Shown: positions 13,592 to 27,781, counted from the first letter of the stretch. The stretch: DNA of 64,000 nt from Bigelowiella natans CCMP2755 (GCA_000320545.1 ADNK01001817.1:111507-175506); one strand, 5' to 3'. A program made the numbers and translations. Notes: generated from the letters alone by a model not told the origin.

Positions 13592-13780
13592 TGCACCGAA
13601 CCGTGTGTGATGCTGCGCCGAGAGGGAAGAGGAGAAGGAGGAGGAGGATGGAGAAGATGAAGATGATGATGATGATGATGATGCTGACTCTAGAATCAAC
13701 ATAGCAGCTGCTATCCTAACTATCACCGCCTTTGTGACGGTGATTGACCGATGTCTCCCTGAAAATAGATGCCTCGTCAT
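10046..13780 (-). CDS. SpoU/TrmH-family (RlmB-like) RNA 2'-O-ribose methyltransferase, probably organelle-targeted
   Basis: N-terminal substrate-binding motif ITLYGRKPVIEALMDPNIEVDKLVIA (about 12620-12700). C-terminal SPOUT motifs GWILGNESDGISHDVEPLVDKWVKIPMEGNVESLNVATAASIVLFEL (10046-10230). Many small exons lie between microsatellite introns. The 5' exon (13780, hydrophobic stretch then Ser-rich) is tentative. Confidence 0.85.
12191..12272. repeat. 41-bp tandem duplication inside an intron of the SpoU gene
   Basis: AAATCAGATGTG(C/T)TCACGATATCATTCTCATTAATTGAATG occurs twice, with one mismatch. Confidence 0.9.
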
Positions 13781-13838
13781 TAGGCTAGACGAAATGTTAT
13801 GGGGGGTAGAGAGAAGCGGTTGTAGTGGAACTCTCCTA

Positions 13839-13877
<39 letters not shown>

Positions 13878-14129
13878 TATCCTTCGGCCGAAAGGAATAT
13901 ATTACCCGAGTCGACTGTATGTATTTTTTGGTTGCGACAATAAATATGACCAAGATATCGTAAAAACGACCTGTGTTTTTTCAACTTATCGCTTTGCGTT
14001 CGCTCGAACAGAACAACAGCCACGGCGCCACCCTACCTGACCTTATCTTTACCCTCCTACCTCCTGTAAGGAGAAGAAGAAACGGGGGGAAAGTGCACTC
14101 CCTGCCTCTTTCTGAGCACCACAGCAAGC

Positions 14130-15410
14130 ATGTCAGGCCCTGTGCTCGAGAGCCTCAACCGCCTTTCGGAGGTGAGAAGGACGAGAAATGCACCACTGCG
14201 CACTGTGTTACATGCGTGCTGCTGCGGTCTTCGAACCGGGGGGGGTAGGGTTGCCAGAGATGATGATAGATGGTGGAGATTGCAATTAGAAAAGCGAATT
14301 GTCAAAATTTGAGAGCAATTGGATCTTGTATCAAGCACGAATTACGCAGCAACTCTTCTGGAGGCCAGATTTGCGCCGCTCTATAAAGCTTCTGCCTCTA
14401 TAAACCTTCTTCTCCTTTCAGGTGTCCCCCCGATCCAGACTGGAGGCATGCGCAACTCTCCTGGCTACGCTTCGATCCGAGGCAGATAAGAGAGGTGGTC
14501 AATTTCTCTCGATTCCAAACGCAGGTTACATTCTGTCGCGGCTACTGAAAGGGCTCATGTCTTCGAGTATGCTTGGGCGCCACGGCTTCTCTTTTGCGCT
14601 TTGTAGAACCCTCCGCACGTTTGGAGACCTCACGAGCGAATACATTGTTAAGGCATCGCAGAAAATTATTGCTAAATCAGCGGCCAATAACAGACAGGAA
14701 AAGCGAGAATATACTTTGGGGCGGCTTAGCTTTGTTCAGGTCCTCTGCAGATCAGGACGTTTGCGTGATTTTGGTACTTCAAGTATCAGCGGTAAGTAGT
14801 AGTAAGGAGATATGGAATAAGAAGGACACTGAAAGGACTAATCAACACAAACGAGCAAGCAACCAGCATAACCAATATAGCGTGCATGTGCGTGCAGTTC
14901 CGTGCAGAGAGACACGCTCCTCCTTATCCTCTTCCTCCATCATCCATAACAGGGATGTGCCTGGAGATTTCATCATTCGCCTCCGTTCTGGAAGTCCGGC
15001 AGCTAGCGTTCGCGACACTTCTAAGTATCATGCGAGCTTCTCGCTCTGGCGCGCGCAAAAGTGTGGTCATTCCAGCAATAGAGTCTATTCTGAATGAGGC
15101 GACGAAGAAGAAGAACAATAGTGATGTTCTTTCTCCTGACCATCTCTACCTCGGTCTGCAGCTTGCAAGAAGCAGGGCAGCAGCAGAGCAAATAACTGAT
15201 GATGGTGATGCTGACGACGAGGAGAAAGAAGAACGTTTGTCCTCCTGCCTCTCCAAACCGATCGCTGAGATTCTCAGGTACGAAAGAACGTCGCATGGGT
15301 GATAATAATGATAATAAGAATAATAGTAATAATAATAATAATATGGGAGTCACAATTGTATTATTAAACGAATGTAATTTATGCATGTATTGCACATCCG
15401 ATATAGTGTG

Positions 15411-15450
<40 letters not shown>

Positions 15451-16568
15451 AGTGTATCTTGCAAAGAACAAAATGTGTCTTATTGTGTTAAAAATAAAGG
15501 CCAAAGAGGATAAATCAGCTCGCATATGTTTTCCTCAATCACTTGCGCCCATCGCCCTCTCCCCATCCGGTATGGGCCTCCCTTGCTTCTGTGTTATCCG
15601 CATTGGAAGGCGAGAAGAAAGAGGAGAAAGGCCATAAGCGTAAAGTATCGCCATTTGTGACAATGCAGCAGGTTTGGAAAAGAGTTGTTGAAGAATCCTT
15701 CCTAAAATCTACTGCTGCATCTTCATCGTCCTCTTCAACGCTAGCACAGCGGCGTTTCGCTCTCCAGGCTTTCACGTCTCTCGTGAACATGGAGAGGAAG
15801 AACAAAGAGCAACAGACGGCATTATTATCATCATCATCATCATCATTAGCAATAAACCTACTCACACCCCATTTTAGCCTCTGTTTGCTGGAGAATCTAA
15901 GCAAGAAGGGCATGAACCTGAGCGGGGCGGCTGAGCAGGGGGCAAAAAGCCTCAAAGCCTTAGCCGAGAGCGATCCCATTCTCGCCGGCACTTCTCTCCA
16001 AAGGTTGATGGAGGCTGCTCTTACTTCTTCAGCAGCAAATGGCAGTGGAGAGAACGAAGAAGATGATGATGATAATAGCGCACAGATATTAGGGAAACAG
16101 AGCAAGAAGAAGAAGAAGAAGAAGAAGAAGAAGAACGGGAAGAGTGATACTGGCGCGTCGTTGTCAGCCTCCTCTTCCTCCTCCTCTTTGTCGGTTTTGG
16201 TCGCGGGTGGGGGCAGTAGCGAGTTACTTGGGTCGCTCGCTGGGCTTGCCTCTACTGATAGTGCTGTAAGACACATCGAGGCCCTCAGGAACATTATGCT
16301 CAGTATGCAACCAACGAAGAAAAAGGAGATGATTACAAATAAGAACAACTCTGATGATAAGGTTCGTGTCTGCTTTCAACCGTCTTTATTTAGCTTCTTC
16401 TCTTCCTCCTCCTCCTCCTCCTCCTCTTCCCCTTTTCTTTTTATGTTTCCTATATTTACTAAGTACTAGAATGAGGTTTGACACAAGACAGAGTGACCCT
16501 TTAGTTGTTCATATTCGTAGTAGTTCTGGGTGATTCTTGTATTGTTATTGCTGCGATATATATATGCG

Positions 16569-16613
<45 letters not shown>

Positions 16614-17593
16614 TTCTTTGCATGTGCTATGTTGCTTGGATCGCAGGATGAGGAGAAAGCATTCGATAGGCAGCAGCTTTTCGTTTCCGGTCAGCTCGCC
16701 GCTCTCGCATCTAACCCGCGTCTCATCGTATCAGCAGCAGATGATGCTGGCAAAGACCAGAAAACGAAGAGGAGTAGCACCAACATGCAAGAGGAGGAGG
16801 AGGATAATGACGATGATGATGAGGGCGTGAAAGAAACTGCTCTGCGACAAGTGGTGGAGATGCTGCTTTGTTACGCGTTCTATCGTCCAAAAGGAAGGAA
16901 GGGAGAAGGCTATGCAGGGGTCGGTTGCAGCTGGTTGTTGTTGTAGTAGTTGGTGGTGTTTGTGCTGTTTTTGAAGTGTTTGCGATGATGAAATTATCAT
17001 GGTTGTAGTAGTATTAGTCGTCGTCACCGTCCTTGTCAGAATGAATATTATAAGCCTCAAATCAACAACTGTAAATTAATTCTCCAAATCAACAACCGTA
17101 AATAAATTCTCCTTCTCCTTCCTCCTCTTACTCTCCTAAGCATCTCTAAAATATGTTCTCACCCTCCTCGCCTCACTGCTGCTCTTACTTTTACTCGTCA
17201 AAAGGGCCTGGCAACGGCAGCACCAAAAGTGTCAATGTCCACGTTTGTGCGCACACAGTTTGTATTGCGTGTCTTTGCTTTGGCGGAAAAGCGCATATCG
17301 AAGCCGTTCATAGCTGCTTCTTCTTCCTCCTCTTCCTCCTCCTCGCTGGTGTCCATGGCAACATCACAGGAGAGTAAAGACAGGTTGTTTCTCAGTAGTT
17401 GTACTGTTTTGATTTTGTGATAATGATGATGGTGGTAGCGGTTCGATTTGGTAGTTTCTTCCTGTCCTTCCCGGGTTCTTCCTGCCAGAGATTGGGTTTC
17501 CTAAAATTCTGTGGATTTTTGTGTTATTTTGTATCATCTTTCGCATCACTAATCTCATTGCAAATATTATCACCATCATTGACGTCTCCTGTT

Positions 17594-17634
<41 letters not shown>

Positions 17635-17925
17635 ACCTGTAGAGAATGGTTGCATGCACGCAACAACGACGATGCGTGGGTTGGCTCCTTGCTGAGAACT
17701 ATCACACAGATCGAACAATGTGCAGCACGCAATGACGACGACAGTGATAACAATAATAAGGGTAGTAGTAACTATATCAAAGTAGTGGTGGTAGTGTCGA
17801 TACGACGATAATGTCTCATCATAATGAATACAAGAATACTGAGCATTATTAACAACGATGATCACAAAATAATACAGTTTAGATCCTATGCAAACAATTA
17901 ATATGTTTTCTTCTTTGGGGTCAAT

Positions 17926-17959
<34 letters not shown>

Positions 17960-19684
17960 GAATATTATATATATGCATACATATATGTGTGCGCATTGGT
18001 GCGTTGTTTGTCTTGACGATGGTGACTTGACTTTTGTTCACTTTCATAATCCAGCAGCAGGGCTACTCGTGCTGTGTGGCCCGCATCAAAGCTCCCTAAG
18101 CAAGCGCGAGCGGAACGCGGTGTCGGTTCTCCGGCAAGAGGCCTTACGCGTCACCGATCTTCTCTCGACAAATATCAATCAGATTGAAGGGAAGAAGAGG
18201 ACGGAATTTACTGCTATTTGCTCGCAACTTGCCGCGATACGGTGTGCTGTGTTGCATCTAGCATTGTTTCTGCAAGAGGAACCGAAGGAGGTCACGCCTT
18301 TGCTCACAGATCTGGTTATATGCGCCGAGGAGATCGCAGATGGTGCCACAGCAGCGGTCGGTTGGAGAGAGAGAAATGCCAATAAATATGTCTTTGTTTT
18401 TTTTAAATGGAAAGAGGGGGGATAATGTCTTCGTAGTTGACTCTCATTCACCTCACTTTTATTGTATTGTTACTGCTGATGTTTGTCTCTAATGCTGCTA
18501 ACGACGTATAGGCTGAAGAAACCACAAAGAAGAGCAGCAAGAAAAAGAAAAGAAAGCAGAAAAATGGTGATACTGGGAACGACGATATGGAGTTGACTTT
18601 TGTTGCAAAGATTCAGCCGCATTTGGTATGCATAGATACAGTACCCCTCCCCTCTCCTCCTCGCCACTCTTTTTATTAGGACTCAATAACAACCGAACAA
18701 TTGAGAAAAAGATTTAGGAAATGATGCGTATTATAATTCCCTGCAATGTGTGCATTCTTTATAAATATCATTGTCGCAGCTACTTACTTACCGATGTATG
18801 ATCTTTACTCCTCCTCTTCTTCATCCTCTGCTACTCGTAATACAACTCTACCTCAACCTACCACTCACAGAGCGTTCTAATGGAGGCAGTGCTAGGTATG
18901 CTTGTCTTCTCCCGTGCTTCAATCAGGAAGGCTGCAAGAAATGCCTTCTGCGCGTTCAGCAAGCACCTCAATCGAGACATCATCGAGAGTATTCTGCAGG
19001 TCGTTCAGACACTACCTGATGATGATGGAGGAGGAGGAGGGGGCAATGATGACGACGATGATGCTGGTAGTGGTGCTGCTAACGGCGGCGATATGGAAGA
19101 AGAAAATGCTCTGTTGCGTGAGCAAATCGAGGGTGAGCCGATAACGATCGGTATGGGGACTTTTCTGCACGATGCTGGCATCCAAGACGCCAAAGACCTT
19201 GAAAATATGGAATTTGACGACGACGACGAGGAGGAGGAGGAGGATGATGACGATGATGATGACGAGGAAGAAGATGATGACGACGATGATGACGATGATG
19301 ATGACGACAACGAGGAGGAGGACGCAAAGGAGGGGGGAGAGAACGAGGAGAAGCAGCGGCAAGCACAGGAGATGGCGATGTTTACTGCGCATCTTGAAGG
19401 CATTATGCGGCTGCGCAAAGAGCGCGCAAAAGCAAGGAAGGAACTTCGGCGTCAAGCCACTCATTTCCGCCTGAGAGCACTGGAGTTGCTTGATCTGTTC
19501 GCAGCTCGGAACCCGGTAGTAGTAGTAGTAGTAGTAGTAGTGGCATAGTAGTAGCCAATCAAGCACTGGGATAAGCGAGAATGATGATGATGATGATGAT
19601 GATGATGATAGTATTGATGCTAATGATGGTAATGGTGATGGTAATGCCTATGACGGGGGTGGTATTTAGAACTTCTTTCAGACA

Positions 19685-19716
<32 letters not shown>

Positions 19717-21943
19717 CAAGAAATGTTGCACGTACGTACGTACGGTTTTTTGTTGTTGCTACAACTAACTGAACTGAACTGATTGATGATGATGATGATG
19801 GCAGACTCATGGACTTTTGGCCCTACTGCTCCCAAGTCTTCTCACTGTTGCCGTACGCGTGACGACTCAGAAGGAGTCGCGCGACCTAGCAAAGAGGGCT
19901 GCTGGGATCATACGAGCACGATTTTCTCGCCCCCCTTCACATCTAAACATCGTTCCTGACCACGAGATTTTGCAAGAGGCATTGGTTGCGGTGTTGAAGA
20001 TAGCGCATGGAAAGAAGAAGAAAAGCGGTGGCAACAATCAAAACAACAGTAACAACTCCTCGTCGTCGGGTCCATCCCTTAGGCTCGCTGCTACGGCATT
20101 AATCTTTATCCTCAGACTAATCGAAAATAATAACAGGGGCAACAAAAGTAAAAAGAGCAAAAAGAAGAGGAGGGAAAGTGGGGAGGCGGAGGCATCCGTA
20201 GCTTCAAGCGGCGCCTTTACAATCATGCGACAGGTTTTAAGGAATGGAACGATATTACGATATCTCACCTCAAAGTCGAGGTCTGGCCTCAACTGCACAT
20301 TCTGCCTGGATCTCATCAATGCGCTTCCGCACGCAGCAGTAGACTTAGCCAGTGATCTTGCACGTGTCGTTGCTTTAGCTCCTATGAAGAAGGACGAGAT
20401 GGAAGTGGAGAATATGGTGCCGAAGAAGAGGAAGAAGAAGAAAAAAAATAAAGGGAAGAAACAAAAGAACGCGGCTACTGACGACGACGAGCTGGAAGAA
20501 AAAGAAGAGGCAGATACAAAGACCGGCGGTGAAGGCTACTTACTGGAAAGCATCATCACGGCAGGGGCGGCGCGCAACGAATTTCTCCGTGGAGAGGCAT
20601 GCCTGATGCTTGCACAGACACTGAAAAATTGGCGAAAAGGGTTTAGTGTAGCAGTAACTGGGGATGATGGAGGAGGAGGAGGAGGAGGAGGAGGAGGAGG
20701 ACATGCTGGCGGTGGTAGCGATGATAAATCTTCGCCATCTATGCAAAGCGCCCAAAGAAAACTCAGGGAGACATTGCCGTCTTTAATCGAAGCTGTGAAG
20801 GCTATCGTAGGCGTTCCATCACCAGCATTACCGGAGCACGAGGGAAAAGACGGGAAGAATAAGAAGAAGAAGAAGAAAAGAACGAGCATCGAACATAAGG
20901 AAAACAAACCAGAGCAAGAAGCTTCTACAACTATGTTTGAGAAGGACGCACGCGCAAAAATCGCATTGCGTCTCGTAGTCGCAATTGCATCCACGTGCAA
21001 AAAGGTGAGAGAGAAGGGAAGGGAAAGGGTCTTTTCATTAAGATAATGATGAGGAGGAGGAGAGGGAGGAGGAGGGGGAGGAGGGCAATGTTTTGAATCG
21101 GCAAGAGAGTGGACAGGTAGGGAATGAGGGGTAAAAGGTTGCTTTCGCTGATTTAGAAAGGTAGCAATTACTGCTACTACTCTTGTAAGAAGTAAATAGG
21201 AATCATCATCGTCATCATCATCATCATCATGATGAGCTCATCCACCCCTGTCTTTCAATTGAATCAGATCTTAGGAGAGGATGAGTTTGTCTCGTTCCTG
21301 TCGACCGAGGAAACTGATCAAGATAGTAGCTCATCGTCTCCGTCCATTTGCGACGCATTGCTGTCACTAGCTCTGCAGCGCCAAAAACTACGTGGAGCGA
21401 TAACCAATGTGCTCTCTGTCTGGCCAGGAGGAGGCGAGGCAAAAACCAAGCTCAAAGAGCTTCTAGCTACGAAACAGCCGAAGAAGAACAAGAGTAAGAA
21501 GACAGCGCGGAGGAAAAATGATGCAGAGGCGGACTTCGATGCAATGGGTTTTGGAGATGGCGAGCTTGGAGCTGATAGCGATGACGACGATGATGACGAC
21601 GATGATGATGATGATAATGATGACGATGGAGAGGAGGAAGAAGGTGAAGTAACGACCCCATTGCATATAATTCCCACTTTGAGGTGGAAATAACATCTTT
21701 TTGTGTTTTTTTGAACACGGCGTAAGATTTATGTTATGCTTTGAATATATTACAGAGGATGACATGGAAGAAGAGGAGACAGTCCAGAAACAACCGATGA
21801 AATCGAGAAAAAGAAAGCAGTCGATTGCTCTAAATAAAGGAAAAAAAAAACATTTTAAGGGAGGACGAAGGCAAGACTCTATCCAGAAAAAGCGAGGTGG
21901 CAAGAATAATAGAAAAGCCCCCCCCAAAAAGAGGAATAGATAG
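14130..21943 (+). CDS. MYBBP1A: MYB-binding protein 1A / DNA polymerase phi (Pol5) family nucleolar rRNA-biogenesis protein
   Basis: Family motifs RLEACATLL, YILSRLLKGLMSSSMLGRHGFSFAL, KREYTLGRLSFVQVLCRSGRL and HPVWASL. An acidic D/E tract is followed by ATHFRLRALELLDLF. Lys-rich NLS-like runs and a basic C-terminus. Multi-exon; internal boundaries approximate. Confidence 0.85.
17058..17111. repeat. 27-bp tandem duplication inside a MYBBP1A intron
   Basis: CAAATCAACAAC(T/C)GTAAAT(T/A)AATTCTC occurs twice. Confidence 0.85.
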
Positions 21944-22075
21944 AGGATGAAATACTTGTTGGCCCTGCACACTTGCACATCCTAGACTGCCGCTTCGCTT
22001 ATTTCGTACTTGTTGACAATAATGTGCGTGCTACTGTGGCAAGGGCATATTTGCATATGCATATACACATGTATG

Positions 22076-22121
22076 AGGCAGATGTAATTTCTTTCATATG
22101 TCATCCTAATGTAGCTTTGCA
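22076..22121 (+). repeat. Internally shortened copy of the short dispersed element
   Basis: AGGCAGATGTAAT...TGTCATCCTAATGTAGCTTTGC, with flanks ACACATGTAT and ACATATGTAT. Confidence 0.7.
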
Positions 22122-22673
22122 CATATGTATATGTAAGACATATGTACCGTACTTGCGTTCTCATTACTACTACAACGCATGTGCTGTCTGCGCGTGGCAC
22201 ATTGTGGTTGATAAATATAACTGGCCCCAATACCTGCTTCTAATGCAATGAAAGCTATGTTATATTTGTCACAAAGCAAATTAGGCCAACTTACCACGGA
22301 ACTGTTTGTCCTTTAGTTACACGCTGAGCTTGCGATTGTACGAGAAAACATGCGCAAGCTACATATGGTGTTTATTGACAAGACAGCGCGATATGGAATC
22401 ACTGTCAAGCGGCTGATGATAAATTCAAACAGCATTATCATTACATCCTATACATTGGGGAGGAATCTGCTATTTTTTCACTCAGCTCTGGAAATGGCAA
22501 AGTAGTCTATTTGTGAATCAACTATGATGCTCTAATGAAATCAACCTCGTCGGTCGTTTTTGGTGTTGTCATATTAAAAGCATTCTTCATTTTTGCCTGG
22601 ATAAGTCTATGAAATTTTCAATAATCAAATCGTTCGAATCATCTAGCTTTATAAAGCTGTGCTAAAAAATCCT

Positions 22674-24165
22674 TCATTCTGTCAAATTGGTGATGTTCCG
22701 AGATCGGTCGCATGGTTGTTTGCCTTCTCTCTTCTCCTCTTTTTTCCACTCAAATTTTCTGTGCACAAGCTTAAGTGGAGCTCGATATTTCTTTTTCGCG
22801 TTGTTTGATCCTAGCTGTTTACGGGTGTTCGTTGTGGCCATAAAATGTTCTCGTCCTGCCTCCCAAGCATCGACGGCAGTCTCGAGGTCGGTGAAACTCA
22901 GTGCTTTCTCCGCACTCTCTCTCACTCCTTTCGCCCCCATCATTTTTCGGAAGCTCATCATGCAAGCCAAGTTCTTTCTGGAGTTTTCAACACTGTTCTC
23001 GTAGCGTTGTGCTATTTTGAGGTATCTGCGAGCCACATCGTATGGAGGCAGCATCGGTTGACCATTTCCAACCGTTCGAAATAAAGAAGCATTCCACATT
23101 GCCCCCCGTGCAAGCATAATGCTGTCACAGCCCGACTTCTTCAGCAGCGATTTCAGATCCCTTGGGTTGAACCCGTCGCCGTTGTAGATAACTGGTATTT
23201 GAACGGAGTTTGCTAGCGGTAGGACTGCTCGTGGGATGGCGGCGACGTTCGGTCGGTCCTCTGTGAAACGTGCGTGGATAGCTATGGCGCTTCCACCCCC
23301 AGATTCTACTGCCTTACAAAGCTGCATGGAACCTGCTTTCGTCGACGACAAAACAGCAACAAACCGATGATGACGCAAAAGTAGTAGTAGTAGTAGTAGT
23401 AGTAGTATACCGGTGATGCGCGCAGCTGCAGAATATACCTTGAAGTGTGTGGTGGAGGCGAATTTTAGCTGTGATAGGGATTGGAAGATTGCGCGACAAG
23501 GTGGAAACAATGTCTTTTAGCAGATCCGGTTTCTGAACAAGGGCAGCTCCGTATCCCCTGTCTACACTGAATGGCTTAGGGCAGCCGCAATTCAAGTCTA
23601 TAGCTTTCACGTCCTTGCACACCACCGTTGCTCCACGTAAAGCCGCGACCGCGTCACACGATCCGATCTGAAACACGACGGGTTCCTCCGGGATAGTTCG
23701 GAAGCACAAAAGATTTCCATTCCCAGCGTCTTGCAGGTGGTTGCCGTGGATACCGTACTGAAAGGGATGACAATAACATACATACATATTCAATTGAAAT
23801 CAATCAACCCCAATTCTTATCCCCACTCTTCTTTTTCTCCACACCGTCGTTGGCGCACGCACCTCCTCTCTGCCGCCTTGGTAGTAAAAGTCGATGGTAC
23901 CGAGGCTTTTGTTTTCGACTCGACTACACTTTTCGATTCGAAAATCGAGAATCTCCTCAGAGCATACGATGTCAGCGCCGTACCTATGATATCATTGAAA
24001 GGTAAATACGAGAGGAGGCGGTAAATTGTTCGAGAAGATGCTGCAATACCCTCGGGCCAGAATGCGGAACGGCAGCGTATTAACGTGCACCATAGGTGCC
24101 AGAATTGTTTTCGCCTTATAGCTCCATTCCTTCCCTAGTTTGTCGCAATTCTTCGTGCTAGCCAT
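22674..24165 (-). CDS. DUS2: tRNA-dihydrouridine(20) synthase, DUS2-like
   Basis: Spliced: TILAPMVHVNTLPFRILARG|YGADIVCSEEILD...PVVFQIGSCDA...AIDLNCGCPKPFSVDRGYGAALVQKPD...PITAKIRL...AIAIHARF...IPVIYNGD...SIMLARGAMWNASLF. The catalytic Cys motif NxGCP is intact. ATG at 24165. Confidence 0.92.
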
Positions 24166-24477
24166 GTCCACCCCCTACTAAAGGCACAGATCGCATCAAG
24201 TATCTCTATCGCTCGAAAAGGAGCATAGGGCACGGGACTTCAGGACTGGGACGTGGAGAGAAGAGCATTCGCATCGAACATTTTTATCCTGCGACATGAA
24301 ATAAATTAAAAAAGGATTGTCGCATAGATGAAATAGACTGGGTATTCATATATTGTCCCTCGACGCTTCAACGTAGTTAGTAACTAATAATAACGGAAAA
24401 GGTTCGAACAATGGTGGACGAATTGAATTGAACGAACGCTGATGTAAGAAGTCTTTGAGTATTCATCTAACCCGAGC

Positions 24478-27400
24478 ATGAGTGGTGGACCAAGGCATCT
24501 CCAGCGCCAGGGATCAATATTTGATTTCCATCTCGAAGAGCAAAGTAAGCACAAGAAATCTCTCAATGAACAAGCGTCGTCTGCGCAGACCCAGAATGAC
24601 TTCAAACTGCTCGAAAGCAAGATATTACGGTTCTACACAGAGGAAGCGCTTGATATCCGTTCGAAGTTGCGATTTCATGCTGATATCGAGGAAAGAATGG
24701 AAAAGTTCTGGGTTATATACAGAAGAGACCATGAGGGACGGCTTTTTCGAGGGCCTTATCTAAGGATCCACCAGCTGCTTGCACAAGTTTTCGTTCCCTC
24801 TTGGACCGCAAAAACTGCTTTTCGGGTGGCATTAAGGGACTGGAATCACGACACTAAGCACTATTCGTGCAGACTTCATGATGGGACTCCCTACTTGGAC
24901 ATTGTTACGTACTTTGATTCGTTATTCGAACTAGTAGACATCTGGATCGACACGATTGAGCTGAGAGATTACATCGCGAAGCTCGACGAAATGTATGCGA
25001 AATTGACGCAGCGCCTCAAAGATGCTGGAATATCGGTGCCCAAACCCACCGCTTTAGAACTAGAGACGGAGGGAAAAGGAACGGGAGGAGGGTTAGCTCA
25101 TGATCCCTCACAAGTCAAGACGATATCGCGATTCTCCAAGGATTTTACACCACGACCCATGTCTGACGATCTCTTAGGCGATGATGATATGATGTCAGAC
25201 GAGAGCGAATCCTTGGGCGGGATCATAGATGTTCAAAATGTCCAGAGACCTGAGGATCAAGATAGTGTTCCAGATGAACACCTGCAGCAGAGGATCGCGG
25301 CAATGTCTTCCCCATCTTTAAGATCCAAAGCCTCTGCGGTGAAATGGGAAGAGGTTGCTAAGATCGTGAGTATGGCCAACGTTGCGGCCCCAGTGACTTT
25401 CAAGCCTCCCCCTGCTAAGAGGGATGATGTGATTAAGGATAGAGGCAAAGAAGCTGTGGATGGGAATGAAGATGAAGAAGAAAAGGTCAAAATCGATGAA
25501 CGAACAAATGAAAAAACTGAAGTGGAAAAGACCTCCACTATAGAGACAACAACACAAGGTGACAGCCTCTCTCCTAGAGAGGATAAAGCAAATTCAGTCG
25601 TGAAGACTATGGACGGGGATGACGTATCAAGACCCACAGAGAAACCCACAGAGACGCAAATAGTGGAAAAGCATACCACAAAGAAGAAGAAGAAAAAAAA
25701 GCAAGAGGTGAAAAAAAAGATTAAAATGTCTGAGCCGTCTGCTAGAACGGAAAAGCACCCAGCTGTTGACCCGCAGGGCAGATTGAAGAGTCGGTTTTCT
25801 GGGCTCTCAATCGACGTGATTGAGGAGGAAGAGGATGTTCCCATAGGCAAGCACTCCACCTCCACCAGCAAGCCAAACCCCAATTCATGGGTCTCCAGCA
25901 GCCACAACAACGGTCGTAGATTCACCAACGCCCTCCTCCTTGCCAAATCCGGTCATAGTACTAGCGTTGTCCATGGCGAAATAGAAAGGCGATCATTCCG
26001 TTCTCCGAACCCAGAGGCCCAACACGTTCTGAATTCCATGGCTAACAGCATGAGAAAAAAGCAGCAGGAGCTGCGACGACCGGTGCCAATAGTCCATTCT
26101 ACGCCAAGTTCAATAAAGGATATCGTCAGGCCAAGATCTCGACATTCCAAGCCCGTCAACAAAGATGTTGGAACTTTGACAGAAGTGAACCATCGTGGCG
26201 ATGCCAACTGGTATGACCTCGGCATCAGGGCATCGAAAGGACTGGACCGTTCCACCCGCACTAATCACACCAATACGACGAGTATCCTTACACAATTTTC
26301 GAAGATGAGAGAGCTCTTGGATCGAATGAAAGATGAAAACGCTGAGTCGCAGGTACATCAAATTCATCATTAAAAGCTTGATTAGTTGCATTCGCTTGTA
26401 TGCAATAGTTACGTGCATTCGTGTTTTCTGCGCCTGCTTCTTTTCCCGTTTCGCAATCCATTAAAAGACGGTGTGATATCAACGATAGCACGTCGTGGCT
26501 GCGGCTGCGGGTCTGTGTTTTATTTTTGTGTCATATTTCTAGGCCAATCATGAAAAGATGATCAGGGAGTTTCAGAGGCAACGAGAACATACCGACTCGG
26601 TAGTGAGCAGCCGCGACAGCTTTGCAACGACGGTGACAGACTTGAGTAGGCTCAGGGCTAAGGCTACTAATACAACCGGCACGGCCATAACCAAGGCCAT
26701 ACTCAGCAACGGATCTGCAGTGCATGCGAACCAGATGGCACGGGTCCATGCCATCCACGAATATGCAGAAGAGATAAAGAGGATGACGGCTGGCAGTGCT
26801 AGCAGTAAAACACCCGAGACGTCAACTAGCTGCGATCTTGATTCTACGAATGAGATAATGCTGCAGGAAAGCAGTGAGCTACCCTGCTCCGGTGTTACAC
26901 AGAAGACGGAGAAAGAATCCACACCGACGAGATTACGAACGTTGACCTCACTCGATTCAGTCAACGGCATTGTGAGCAATGAGCAAAGAGGAAGAAGTAA
27001 CCTCAATGTAGTCACATACACCACCCTTGACTCGTTCCCAGACTTATCGAGCAGCAACAAACACCTTTTGCCATTTTACGAAGGTGAGGGTAGCAGAAGT
27101 AAACTTCAGTCCTTAACGGGAAGGTCCAGAAAACATGCGCTGACACAACGGCAGCAACACTCTTCTGCTTTAATAACTCCTACATCCAGCATCGTAGAAT
27201 CTACCTCGTCTCTCTCCAAGCGGCTACGAAACATCCCACCGAGCACCACTGCGGCTAACAGCAGGTATTCGACTGCGAGGTACCTTCAGTTACAGAACCT
27301 GTACACCAAGGATATCTACTTTGGCAGCTCCGAGGGAAATCGTAGGCCAACTTCGAAGAAGCGGTTTCAACAGCAACGGCACAAGCTGATAAGCACCCTG

Positions 27401-27781
27401 CCATTTAGTCGTAGCGACTCCCAGAAGATATCTTCCCCCGGTAAAATATTCTCATTATCGTCGGTGGCTTCGATTAACTGCGTGGAAGATGGCGTGGAAG
27501 AACAAAGGAGCAAAAGTGAGAGGAACCCGGCTAAGTCCAGCCGCATGGGGAAAAGGGATAGTATTAGGAATAGATGCCGGAGGACAAGGCCTGCAACAGC
27601 CCCTACTCGAATAATAAATTCAACGACGTTAGCTACCTCCTCTCGTGCCAATCTAGAGTCAGGATCAGCTTCTACAACTTCGTATGCTAAAAGAAAGAGC
27701 AAGAAGCAACATAGCGCACGTCCTTCGGTAGCAATGAAGGAAACAAGGTTAATAGAAACATCCTTCACACTTATTCCATAA
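24478..27781 (+). CDS. Uncharacterised protein: N-terminal EF-hand-like helical domain plus a long S/T/K/R-rich low-complexity tail
   Basis: The 631-aa ORF (donor at 26353) joins in frame to an exon starting at 26543 (the 407-aa ORF). The N-terminal segment FWVIY...YLRIHQLL...DWNHD...YFDSLFELVDIWIDTI...YIAKL resembles, from memory, a conserved uncharacterised protist EF-hand-like domain. The gene may continue through a donor near 27748 into the 28027-28473 ORF. Confidence 0.65.
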
